Source: Endomicrobiia bacterium
GTDB lineage: Bacteria; Elusimicrobiota; Endomicrobiia; DTEH01
NCBI GenBank assembly: GCA_039630545.1
Contig: JBCNUU010000003.1
Location: 34,582 to 98,581 of the forward strand
DNA: 64,000 nucleotides
Direction of reading: 5' to 3'
Positions 19,960 to 29,020 of this stretch are shown in pieces. The position numbers were made by a program, and so were the translations under genes. Numbering within the stretch: position 1 is the stretch's first letter; the number at the start of each line of letters is the position of its first letter. The notes under the pieces were generated by a model that saw only the letters and a list, made by a program, of their open reading frames with translations, searched no databases and was not told where the DNA came from.

Positions 19960-20883
19960 ATGAAAAATAAGAATTTTGCAGATAAAACTTTTTTTAGCAT
20001 TACAAGAATAGCATCTATTTTTTGTTTAGTTTTGATAATTCTTTTATTTTTGATGTTAATAAAAGAGTCATTGTTGGCTTTTAATAAATTTGGTTTTAAG
20101 TTTTTTATCAGTAAAGTTTGGGATCCAGTCTTTGAAGAATATGGAGCCTTGCCTTTTATTTATGGCACTGTAGTATCATCTATTTTAGCTATAATTATTT
20201 CTTTCCCATTGTCTTTAGGTATAGCTTTATTTCTTTCAGAATTTGCTGGAAGTAAACTAAAAGAATTTTTAAGCGTTATAATTTCGTTGTTAGCAGGGAT
20301 CCCAAGTGTTATTTATGGATTATGGGGCATATTTGTTTTAGCACCAATTTTAAGAGGTTATGTAGAACCATTTTTACAAAAAATTTTTGGATTTTTACCG
20401 ATTTTTTCAGGTGAACCGTACGGTCTTGATATGTTAGCAGCAGGGATAATTTTAAGTATAATGATAACACCAACAATTTCTTCTATTTCTAAAGATGTTT
20501 TTGAAGCAGTCCCAAGAAGTCTAAGAGAAGCAGCATTAAGTCTAGGCGCTACAAAGTGGGAAATGATAAAAATTTCGGTTTTAAAACCAGCTAAACAGGG
20601 CATAATTGGTGCTGTGATTTTAGGTTTAGGTAGAGCCGTCGGCGAGACTATGGCTGTAACAATGGTGATAGGAAATGTTCATGAGATATCTTTATCTCTT
20701 TTTCATCCTTCAGCAACTTTAGCATCTGTTATAGCAAATGAGTTTGCTGAAGCGACGACTGACTTATATATGTCAAGTTTGTTCACAATAGGTTTAACTT
20801 TGTTTGTTGTTACTATAATGCTAAATATAATAGCAAAGTTTTTAGTGTATTCAACCACTAGAAAATATAAAAAATTGTTATGA
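19960..20883 (+). CDS. pstC: Phosphate ABC transporter permease PstC
   Basis: IPSVIYGLWG, GRAVGETMAV; start moved to ATG after the hairpin. Confidence 0.95.
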   Translation: MKNKNFADKTFFSITRIASIFCLVLIILLFLMLIKESLLAFNKFGFKFFISKVWDPVFEEYGALPFIYGTVVSSILAIIISFPLSLGIALFLSEFAGSKLKEFLSVIISLLAGIPSVIYGLWGIFVLAPILRGYVEPFLQKIFGFLPIFSGEPYGLDMLAAGIILSIMITPTISSISKDVFEAVPRSLREAALSLGATKWEMIKISVLKPAKQGIIGAVILGLGRAVGETMAVTMVIGNVHEISLSLFHPSATLASVIANEFAEATTDLYMSSLFTIGLTLFVVTIMLNIIAKFLVYSTTRKYKKLL

Positions 20884-21713
20884 AGAGAAAAATAGTAGAT
20901 AAATTTATGCAATTTCTTATATATTCTTCTGGTGTAATAATTTGTGGAATTTTACTTTTTATTTTTAGTTATATAGTGATTAAAGGTATAGCTTCTTTGA
21001 ATATAGATTTTTTTATTAGGTTACCAAAACCTGTTGGGGAAAAGGGCGGAGGTATGGTAAATGCTATTGTAGGTAGTTTTATTCTTGTTGGTTTAGCAAG
21101 TTTATGGGCTGTTCCAATAAGTGTGCTTACAGGAATATATCTTGCTGAATTTTCTGATAATAAGAAAGAATCAAAATTTATTTATGTTTTAAGGTTTCTT
21201 TTAGATGTGCTTTCAGGCGTTCCTTCAATAGTTATCGGTATATTTGCTTATAGTTTAATAGTAGTTCCTATGAAGAAGTTTTCTGCTATAGCTGGTGCAT
21301 TTTCGTTAGGTATTATTATGTTACCAGTTATCACAAGGACTACTGAAGAAATGATGAAAATGGTTCCCAGAACCATAAGGGAGGCATCTTTAGGCTTAGG
21401 AATTAGTAATTGGAAAACAGTAGTTTTTGTTATACTAGCCACAGCAAAACCTGGAATAATTACAGGTATACTTTTAGCAGTGGCAAGGATTTTTGGTGAG
21501 ACAGCACCTCTTCTTTTTACCGCTTTTGGTAACAGGTTCTGGCACAGAAGCTTGACGGACCCAATTGCTTCTTTGCCACTTCAGATTTTTGCTTATGCAA
21601 TTTCACCTTATGAAGACTGGCATAGACAGGCATGGGCTGGTGCTTTGGTTTTAATTTTAATAGTTTATTTTATAATTTTAATCAGTAGAAAAATTCTACT
21701 TAAATATAAATAG
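20880..21713 (+). CDS. pstA: Phosphate ABC transporter permease PstA
   Basis: [19 protein letters not shown]. Confidence 0.95.
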   Translation: MKRKIVDKFMQFLIYSSGVIICGILLFIFSYIVIKGIASLNIDFFIRLPKPVGEKGGGMVNAIVGSFILVGLASLWAVPISVLTGIYLAEFSDNKKESKFIYVLRFLLDVLSGVPSIVIGIFAYSLIVVPMKKFSAIAGAFSLGIIMLPVITRTTEEMMKMVPRTIREASLGLGISNWKTVVFVILATAKPGIITGILLAVARIFGETAPLLFTAFGNRFWHRSLTDPIASLPLQIFAYAISPYEDWHRQAWAGALVLILIVYFIILISRKILLKYK

Positions 21714-21739
21714 CTCTTTTGTCTTATCATGGAGGATAT

Positions 21740-22501
21740 ATGGAAGAAGTTAAAGTTGAAATTAAAAACTTGTATGCTTGGTATGGACCACAGGAAGTGT
21801 TAAAAAATATTTCTTTATCAATATACAAAAACAAAGTTACTGCAATTATAGGGCCATCTGGTTGTGGTAAATCGACATTGATAAGGTGTATAAATCGTCT
21901 TCATGAGGTAGTTCCGAATGCAAAGGTTAAAGGAGAGATAATTTTAGATGGCAAAAACATATATGATGCAGATGTCGATCCGATGGATGTAAGGAGAAAA
22001 GTTGGTATGGTTTTTCAACAGCCAAATCCTTTCCCAACGATGACAATTTTTGACAATGTTGCAATAGGACTTAAGTTAAATGGTATAAGAAATAAATCTG
22101 TTATTGCAGAAACAGTAAAAACTGCTTTAGAAGAAGCTGGTCTTTATGCCGAGGTTGCACATAAGCTTTATAGCTATGGCACACATCTTTCTGGTGGGCA
22201 GCAGCAAAGGCTGTGCATTGCAAGAACACTGGCTTTGAAACCAGAGGTGATTTTGTTTGATGAACCATGTTCTGCGTTAGATCCTATATCTACAGCAAAA
22301 ATAGAAGAACTAATAGTAGAGCTTAAAAAAAATCATACAATAATAATAGTAACTCATAATCTTCAACAAGCAGCAAGAGTTTCTGACTATACAGCATTTC
22401 TTTACTTAGGAGAACTTATAGAATATGGACCTACTCATTCAATTTTTACTGCACCAAAAATGAAGAAAACAGAAGAGTATATAATGGGAAGATTTGGATA
22501 A
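21740..22501 (+). CDS. pstB: Phosphate ABC transporter ATP-binding protein
   Basis: [38 protein letters not shown] before ATG 21740. Confidence 0.96.
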   Translation: MEEVKVEIKNLYAWYGPQEVLKNISLSIYKNKVTAIIGPSGCGKSTLIRCINRLHEVVPNAKVKGEIILDGKNIYDADVDPMDVRRKVGMVFQQPNPFPTMTIFDNVAIGLKLNGIRNKSVIAETVKTALEEAGLYAEVAHKLYSYGTHLSGGQQQRLCIARTLALKPEVILFDEPCSALDPISTAKIEELIVELKKNHTIIIVTHNLQQAARVSDYTAFLYLGELIEYGPTHSIFTAPKMKKTEEYIMGRFG

Positions 22502-22506
22502 TTATT

Positions 22507-22920
22507 ATGAGAAAAAAAGTTTTATTTATATGTACACATAATTCTAACAGATCTCAGATTGCAGAAGCATTGCTTAATCATTTATATCCAGAAAAATACG
22601 AGGCATATAGTGCTGGAACCCAACCATCAAAAGTAAATGAATACGCAGTAACGGTCTTGAAAGAAATAGGTATTGATATAAGCAAAAGTAGATCAAAACA
22701 TATAGACGAATTTAAAAATGAAGTTTTTGATTATGTAGTAACAGTTTGTGATTCAGCAAAAGAAACCTGTCCTTTTTTTCCAAATGCAAAGGAGTTCATA
22801 CATAAAAGTTTTTGCGATCCGACAGAATATGTTGGTCCAAACGATGAAAAGTTAGAAAAATTTAGAACCTTAAGGGAAGAAATTAAAAAATTTATAATTG
22901 AAAAATTTGGGAGGGAATAA
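22507..22920 (+). CDS. arsC: Arsenate reductase (LMW-PTP/thioredoxin-coupled type)
   Basis: CTHNSNRSQ P-loop plus TVCD..ETCP redox cysteines. Confidence 0.85.
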   Translation: MRKKVLFICTHNSNRSQIAEALLNHLYPEKYEAYSAGTQPSKVNEYAVTVLKEIGIDISKSRSKHIDEFKNEVFDYVVTVCDSAKETCPFFPNAKEFIHKSFCDPTEYVGPNDEKLEKFRTLREEIKKFIIEKFGRE

Positions 22921-23589
22921 ATGCTTGAAGAAAAAATTTCAAAATTAAAAAATCAAATTATTGAATACTCAAATCTAATAATTGATATGTTTAGTGATTC
23001 TTTGAGATCTATTTTTTCTACCAATAAAGAAAATCTACAAGAGATAATAAAGGAAAAAGAAGTTAAAGCAAATGAATACGAGATTGAGTTAGAGGAGAAG
23101 TGTATATATGTAATTGCTCAATATGAGCCAAAAGCTTTTGATTTAAGATTTATTCTTTCAGTTTTGAAAATGACAAATGATTTAGAAAGGATGGGAGATC
23201 ATATTGTGAATATTTCACAGAGTGGTGTTTTTCTTATGGAACATAACAAAGCTTTAATTTCAGAATATAAAATAGATATTGAGAAAATTTTTAATTTGAC
23301 TCATAATATGTTTACAGAAAGTATAACTTCGTTTATAGAAGAAAATCCTATAGCAGCAAAAAAACTCTGCGAGTTAGATCAACAAGTAGATGATCTAAAA
23401 AAACAAATTTATAGAAAGATAATAGAAGACATCAAAACAAATCCTAAAGATATTGAAGATTATATTCATCTTGAGCGCATAATAAATAATATAGAACGCA
23501 TAGCAGACCTTACTACGAATATCTGTGAAGATATTATTTTTCTTTACGAGGCAAGAATTATTAAACACCACAGAGATGAAAAACTTTAA
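22921..23589 (+). CDS. phoU: Phosphate signalling protein PhoU
   Basis: Duplicated ER(M/I)xD motifs (DLERMGDH, IERIADL). Confidence 0.93.
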   Translation: MLEEKISKLKNQIIEYSNLIIDMFSDSLRSIFSTNKENLQEIIKEKEVKANEYEIELEEKCIYVIAQYEPKAFDLRFILSVLKMTNDLERMGDHIVNISQSGVFLMEHNKALISEYKIDIEKIFNLTHNMFTESITSFIEENPIAAKKLCELDQQVDDLKKQIYRKIIEDIKTNPKDIEDYIHLERIINNIERIADLTTNICEDIIFLYEARIIKHHRDEKL

Positions 23590-23592
23590 CAT

Positions 23593-23826
23593 TTAAGCAT
23601 TTCTATTGTTTTTTTTCTTCTTTGAACTATATGTGATAAGTAAACCTACAAGGACTAAAAAAACAGAAATTATCAATGGTATAGGCAAAGCTAGACCTTT
23701 TATGATATAGCTTAAATCTAAATAAACTACAGCATTATAGCCAAAATTTATTATATCCAGTGTGGTTTTTATAGCATATAAAACACCAGAAAGAAAAATA
23801 ATAATACCTATTATATTTCGCAGCAT
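23593..23826 (-). CDS. Small two-TM hypothetical protein
   Basis: Two hydrophobic segments; in series with the neighbouring minus-strand genes. Confidence 0.55.
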   Translation of the reverse strand: MLRNIIGIIIFLSGVLYAIKTTLDIINFGYNAVVYLDLSYIIKGLALPIPLIISVFLVLVGLLITYSSKKKKNNRNA

Positions 23827-23830
23827 TTAT

Positions 23831-24436
23831 TTAAATCTTTAAGGCAATAAAAATTCCTACACCTATAGGAATAAAGAAACTTTTAAATAACCTGCTCCAT
23901 ATAGGGTAGTTAAAATCATAAATTTTCAAGTTTATACTTGTAATTAAAATAAACCCGGCAGGTATAAAAAACAGAAAACTACCAACATCTCGCCATAGAT
24001 TTTGTTTTAAAAACAACCAGCTACCAAGTGATAAAAACGACACTATAACAATAAAAGTTTCACCGGCTGAAAATCCAAATAAATTGATTATTTTCACAAT
24101 AAAAGAAATTTTGCTTTTATATAAAAAAACAGTAGAAATTACTGATATAGCCACAAACACACAGGATACTATGAAAAAAAATTTTTTATATTTTAAAAGT
24201 TGTTCTATAAAAATTTCATATATCTGGATGAAGTTGTATCTAATAGATTCTTTAATGTCATGTAATGTATACATTTTGATATAGTCTTGTTTGTTTTTAT
24301 CTACACCAAGAAAAGATTTTATCTTTGTATTTTTACCTAACCTATATTTTTTATATACAATTTCTTTTTGTGAAGAGGTGAGATAAAGCAAAGAATAAGT
24401 TAAAAAAAGCAATAGAATAATGATTGCTGTTCTCAT
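23831..24436 (-). CDS. Hypothetical multi-pass membrane protein
   Basis: Several hydrophobic segments; overlaps the P-II stop (ATGA). Confidence 0.6.
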   Translation of the reverse strand: MRTAIIILLLFLTYSLLYLTSSQKEIVYKKYRLGKNTKIKSFLGVDKNKQDYIKMYTLHDIKESIRYNFIQIYEIFIEQLLKYKKFFFIVSCVFVAISVISTVFLYKSKISFIVKIINLFGFSAGETFIVIVSFLSLGSWLFLKQNLWRDVGSFLFFIPAGFILITSINLKIYDFNYPIWSRLFKSFFIPIGVGIFIALKI

Positions 24437-24759
24437 TGTTTATTTCTGTTTACTTCTACATATCCAACTACCTTGCTTACAGGCTGTACAAAAGCAATGC
24501 CCTGGCCTGGTTTATCAAGATTAGCTGCTTTTACAATAACATCTAAAATTTTTTGTGTTTCTTCTTTTTTTGTTATAATAAAAGCTACTTCTTTTTCTGG
24601 TTGAATTATAGTCCCTAAAAGTTTTAGACGTTCTCTTACACCAGTTCCTCTTGCAAAAAACATTGTGGCACCTGCTGCACCTGCATTTAGTACTTCTTTT
24701 ATTACTTTATCCATTTTACCTCGTTGAACCACGAAAGTTATTATTTCAAATTCATTCAT
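24433..24759 (-). CDS. P-II family signal transduction protein
   Basis: GATMFFARGTG, PEKE, PGQGIAFVQPV. Confidence 0.85.
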   Translation of the reverse strand: MNEFEIITFVVQRGKMDKVIKEVLNAGAAGATMFFARGTGVRERLKLLGTIIQPEKEVAFIITKKEETQKILDVIVKAANLDKPGQGIAFVQPVSKVVGYVEVNRNKQ

Positions 24760-24864
24760 ATTGCCCTCCCTAGGTCTAAACTAAAAATCCGTTTAACTTT
24801 CTTTTTATTAAAATATAAAAATATAAGCTATTTTACAATAACTTAATTTTTGGATTGTAACCTC

Positions 24865-24893
24865 TTGACATACTAAATGGAGTTTTATAAAAT
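24865..24893 (+). promoter_or_regulatory. Sigma-70 promoter for the riboswitch-thyX operon
   Basis: TTGACA-17 bp-TAAAAT. Confidence 0.75.
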
Positions 24894-24902
24894 TTTTAAT
24901 AC

Positions 24903-25001
24903 CACACTGGTGGGGGAAGTGAAGGTGAGATTCCTTCCACTGCCCACGCAACGGTAATCTCTGTTGTAAAAAACAGAGGAGTCCGGTCTATCACCAGTGG
25001 T
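24903..25001 (+). ncRNA. Cobalamin riboswitch (compact form)
   Basis: GGGAA..GGTGAGATTCC..ACTGCCCACGCAACGGTAA..GAGTCCG core; closing stem CACTGGTG 24905-24912 / CACCAGTG 24992-24999; nrdD and metE downstream. Confidence 0.85.
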
Positions 25002-25088
25002 AGGAAGTACCTACGTTGGGTGGGGAAAAATAATGAAAAAGATAACCCTATCTGTTCACTCATCGTATGTACTTCCTTTGATTTTTTT
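25002..25088 (+). terminator. Riboswitch expression-platform hairpin / attenuator
   Basis: AGGAAGTACCTACGTTGGGTG pairs imperfectly with CACTCATCGTATGTACTTCCT, followed by TTGATTTTTT. Confidence 0.65.
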
Positions 25089-25106
25089 ATCTCTTTCAAA
25101 GTATTT

Positions 25107-25826
25107 ATGGTTAATAAACTAGAAGTAAAACTTTTAAGTTTTACTAAAAATGCTTTATATGTGATTTATTCTTCATTTAGACAGTGCTATTCTGCCCTTA
25201 CTGCAGAAGAGATTTTTAAGAAGTGTTTAAAAGAAAAAGAAGACAAAAAGTACGAAGATTTTATTAGAAAACTTATAGATTCTGGTCATGAAAGTCCTCT
25301 TGAACATGTAAGTTTTACTTTTTCAATAAGTGGAGTATCAAGAGCCCTTACTCATCAGTTAGTAAGACACAGAATTGCTTCATATTCCCAGCAGAGTCAA
25401 AGATATGTTAAAATGGAAAATTTTGAATACATTGTTCCCCCATTAATAAGTTCTAATGAAAATCTTAAAAAGGAATTTGATAATTTTATGAAAGAGGTTC
25501 AAAAAAAATATGATTTTTTTGTTAGGGAGTTAGAGAAATTAGGTAAAAAAGGAGAGGAAGTTTACCAGGATGCTAGATATATTTTGCCACAAGCTACAGA
25601 AACAAAGATAGTAGTAACTATGAATTGTAGGGAACTTTTACATTTTTTTAGAGAAAGATGTTGTAGTCGTGCTCAATGGGAAATAAGAGAGCTTGCAAAC
25701 AAGATGTTAGAAATTTGTAGGAAAAAACTTAGAGTCGTTTTTGAAAAAGCAGGAGCAAAATGTGTCAGTCTTGGTTATTGTCCAGAAAACGAAAAATTTA
25801 GTTGCGGCAGATATAAATTAAAATAA
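25107..25826 (+). CDS. thyX: FAD-dependent thymidylate synthase
   Basis: GHESPLEH, RHRIASYSQQSQRY, AQWEIR; ATG 25107 preferred over GTG 25020, which lies inside the leader. Confidence 0.95.
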   Translation: MVNKLEVKLLSFTKNALYVIYSSFRQCYSALTAEEIFKKCLKEKEDKKYEDFIRKLIDSGHESPLEHVSFTFSISGVSRALTHQLVRHRIASYSQQSQRYVKMENFEYIVPPLISSNENLKKEFDNFMKEVQKKYDFFVRELEKLGKKGEEVYQDARYILPQATETKIVVTMNCRELLHFFRERCCSRAQWEIRELANKMLEICRKKLRVVFEKAGAKCVSLGYCPENEKFSCGRYKLK

Positions 25827-25855
25827 AAAAAATTTTATCAATGGAGGTTAAGTAT

Positions 25856-26215
25856 ATGGTTAAATTTGTTTTGTATCTTTTAAGATGGCAGTTGAGTACA
25901 CCTATTTTGTGGCTTGTAGTGAAAAATTTAGGTACAGGTATTGGCGCTACAATTCTTGCTAATTTGATTGGTGGTAGTATATTTTTCTGGGTTGATAAGT
26001 TTATATTTACATCAAAAGCAGTTGAAATGTGGCACTTTAAGGAAAAAGGTATTTGTGACAATTGTGGTAAAGAAACTTCATTATGGAGATTGGTTTTAGC
26101 ACCAGGTTATGATAGAAGAAATGCAGAGCCAAAATATTTCTGTTTGGAATGTTCAAAGAAAAAAACAGATGAGTTGAGGAAAAGAGGCATACCTATAAGA
26201 GGAAGAAGTTATTGA
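25856..26215 (+). CDS. Hypothetical protein: N-terminal membrane segments plus C-terminal Zn-ribbon
   Basis: Hydrophobic N-terminal half; CDNC...CLEC; GGAGG before ATG 25856. Confidence 0.7.
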   Translation: MVKFVLYLLRWQLSTPILWLVVKNLGTGIGATILANLIGGSIFFWVDKFIFTSKAVEMWHFKEKGICDNCGKETSLWRLVLAPGYDRRNAEPKYFCLECSKKKTDELRKRGIPIRGRSY

Positions 26216-26246
26216 GTTTTTATATAAAAGGGAGGAAAAGTAAAAT

Positions 26247-28382
26247 ATGGAAAAAACAATTTTTGAAGAAACAATACTGTTACAGCCCAGGTTTAGGCAT
26301 ATAATAAAAAGAGATGGCAGAGTTGTAAAATTTGATTCATCTAAAATCACAAATGCCATATATAAAGCTGGAAAAGCGACAGGAGAGTTTGGTGAAGAAA
26401 TTGCTAGAAATTTAACCATTAAGGTTTTAAATTTAGCAGATTTGTCTGGACTACCGGACACACCAACAGTAGAACAAATTCAAGACATAGTTGAAGAAGT
26501 TTTGTTGTCTTCTCCTTTTAAGAAAACAGCTAAAGCTTATATTCTTTATAGACAGCAACATAAAGAAATAAGAGAAATTTCTTCTAAATTTAGTGTAGAA
26601 CTTATAGAAAAGTATTTAACTAAAAAAGACTGGCAAGTAAAAGAAAACAGCAACATGAGTTTTTCTCTACAGGGTCTTAATAACTATATTTCTCAGGAAC
26701 TAACAAAAATTTATTGGTTGAATAAAATCTATACTGAAGATATTAAGTTTGCTCATTTAGAGGGAGATTTTCATATTCATGATTTAGGTGTATTAAGTGT
26801 TTATTGTGTTGGGTGGGATTTACAGGACTTATTAACTGTTGGGTTTAAAGGAGCAAAAGATAAAGTTGAATCAAAACCACCAAAGCATTTTCGTTCAGCA
26901 TTAGGACAAATCGTTAACTTTTTTTATACTTTACAAGGAGAAGCTGCAGGAGCTCAAGCATTTTCTAACTTTGATACACTACTTGCTCCCTTCATAAGAT
27001 ATGATGGGTTATCATACAAGGCAGTAAAACAATCAATTCAAGAATTTGTTTTTAACCTGAATGTACCTACCAGAGTTGGTTTCCAGACACCTTTTACAAA
27101 CTTAACATTTGATATCGTTGCTCCTGAACATCTTAGATATCAAAATGTAATAGTAGCTGGAGAATTAAAAGAAGAAAAATATGGAGATTTTCAGGATGAA
27201 ATGAATATGATAAACAAAGCATTTTTAGAAGTGATGTTCGAGGGTGATGCGAAAGGGAGAGTTTTTACATTTCCTATTCCTACCTACAACATAACTAAAA
27301 ATTTCGACTATGAAAATGAAAGTCTGGATTTGCTTTGGAAAATTACAGGTAAATATGGAGTGCCATATTTTGCTAATTTTGTAAATTCTGATATGAAACC
27401 AGAAGATACAAGAAGTATGTGTTGTAGACTAAGGCTAGATAACAGAGAATTAAACAAAAGGTTAGGAGGAATTTTTAGTTCTTCTCCTTTGACTGGTTCT
27501 ATTGGCGTTGTAACGATAAACATGCCAAGGATAGGTTATCTTTCTAAAACAGAAAAAGAATTCTTTGATAGGTTGGCCTCTGTTATGGATTTAGCAAAAA
27601 ATAGTCTAGAAACTAAAAGAAAAGTTTTAGAAAAACTAACCGAAAATGATCTTTATCCTTATTCTAAATTTTATTTAAGAGAAATTAAAAAACGTTTTGG
27701 AGAGTACTGGAAAAATCATTTTTCTACAATAGGATTAGTTGGTATGAATGAGGCCTTAATTAACTTTCTTGGAGTTGATATTGGACATCCAGACGGTATA
27801 GAGTTTACTAAGAAGGTGTTAGACTTTATGTTGCTAAAATTAAGAGAATATCAGCAAGAAACAACAAACCTATACAATCTTGAAGCAACTCCAGCAGAAA
27901 GCACTTCCTACAGGTTAGCTTTGCTTGATAAAAAGAAATATCCAGACCTTTTGATAACCCATAACAGAAAAATAAGTGATGTAGATTATCCCATTTATAC
28001 AAACTCAACGCAGCTTCCAGTAAATTACACAGATGATATTTTTGAGGTATTAGAACTTCAAAATGATATTCAAAAAAAATATACAGGAGGAACAGTTGTC
28101 CACATATTTGTAGGAGAAGAAATAGAAGATATTCAATCAATTAAGAAATTAGTAAAAAAAATTACTCAAAATTTTGAGATTCCATATTTTACAATAACCC
28201 CAACATTTAGCGTATGTCCTAACTGTGGGTATATAAGAGGAGAAAAACAAATATGTTCTAAATGTGGTGAATTATGTGAAATTTATTCAAGGGTTGTTGG
28301 ATACTTAAGGCCTGTAAGTAGATGGAATGAAGGTAAACAATCAGAGTTTAAACAGAGGATGACCTTTAATTTAAATATATGA
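26247..28382 (+). CDS. nrdD: Anaerobic (class III) ribonucleoside-triphosphate reductase
   Basis: ATP cone (IKRDGR), SMCCRL, glycyl-radical motif YSRVVGYLRP, Zn cysteines. Confidence 0.95.
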   Translation: MEKTIFEETILLQPRFRHIIKRDGRVVKFDSSKITNAIYKAGKATGEFGEEIARNLTIKVLNLADLSGLPDTPTVEQIQDIVEEVLLSSPFKKTAKAYILYRQQHKEIREISSKFSVELIEKYLTKKDWQVKENSNMSFSLQGLNNYISQELTKIYWLNKIYTEDIKFAHLEGDFHIHDLGVLSVYCVGWDLQDLLTVGFKGAKDKVESKPPKHFRSALGQIVNFFYTLQGEAAGAQAFSNFDTLLAPFIRYDGLSYKAVKQSIQEFVFNLNVPTRVGFQTPFTNLTFDIVAPEHLRYQNVIVAGELKEEKYGDFQDEMNMINKAFLEVMFEGDAKGRVFTFPIPTYNITKNFDYENESLDLLWKITGKYGVPYFANFVNSDMKPEDTRSMCCRLRLDNRELNKRLGGIFSSSPLTGSIGVVTINMPRIGYLSKTEKEFFDRLASVMDLAKNSLETKRKVLEKLTENDLYPYSKFYLREIKKRFGEYWKNHFSTIGLVGMNEALINFLGVDIGHPDGIEFTKKVLDFMLLKLREYQQETTNLYNLEATPAESTSYRLALLDKKKYPDLLITHNRKISDVDYPIYTNSTQLPVNYTDDIFEVLELQNDIQKKYTGGTVVHIFVGEEIEDIQSIKKLVKKITQNFEIPYFTITPTFSVCPNCGYIRGEKQICSKCGELCEIYSRVVGYLRPVSRWNEGKQSEFKQRMTFNLNI

Positions 28383-28990
28383 GAATAGGTGGTTTTCAAA
28401 AAATTTCTTTTATAGATTATCCCGGGCATATAAGTTGTGTGGTTTTTACTCAAGGATGCAACTTCAGGTGTTATTATTGTCACAATCCACAGTTAGTTTA
28501 TCCAGAGTTGTTTCGGGAACCTATAGACGAAGAAATTGTTTTCAACTATATAACTAAAAGAAAAAATTATTTAGATGCTGTTGTAATCTGTGGAGGAGAG
28601 CCAACAATTCAAGAAGGTATAGTTGAATTTGTTAAACATATAAAGAGGTTAGGACTGAAAGTAAAATTAGATACTAATGGTTCAAAACCGGAAATTCTAA
28701 ATGAAATTATAGGATATATAGATTTTATATCAATGGATATAAAATCAAAAATTGAAAAATCCAAATACTCAAAAGTATGTAGAGTAGATGTCGATATTGA
28801 TAAAATAAAAGATTCTATTAGAATAATTCTTAACTCTTCAGTTGAACATGAATTTAGGACTACAATAGATAATAATATTGTTGATGCTGAGGATATAAAG
28901 GAGATAAATAATTTTTTTTCTAATTTTTCTTATGTTGTAAAACATAAAATTCAGCATCTAAATAGATGGTTTTCTCCAAATTTTGTATAA
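28379..28990 (+). CDS. nrdG: Anaerobic RNR activating radical SAM enzyme
   Basis: GCNFRCYYCHN, GGEPT, DTNGS; coupled to nrdD. Confidence 0.92.
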   Translation: MRIGGFQKISFIDYPGHISCVVFTQGCNFRCYYCHNPQLVYPELFREPIDEEIVFNYITKRKNYLDAVVICGGEPTIQEGIVEFVKHIKRLGLKVKLDTNGSKPEILNEIIGYIDFISMDIKSKIEKSKYSKVCRVDVDIDKIKDSIRIILNSSVEHEFRTTIDNNIVDAEDIKEINNFFSNFSYVVKHKIQHLNRWFSPNFV

Positions 28991-29020
28991 GAAGGTATTT
29001 GTATAAGGGGGTAACATTTA

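Noticed and set aside
24896..25099. 67-aa minus-strand ORF, and the GTG-25020 extension of thyX
   Set aside because: Both overlap the riboswitch and attenuator; ThyX similarity begins near ATG 25107.
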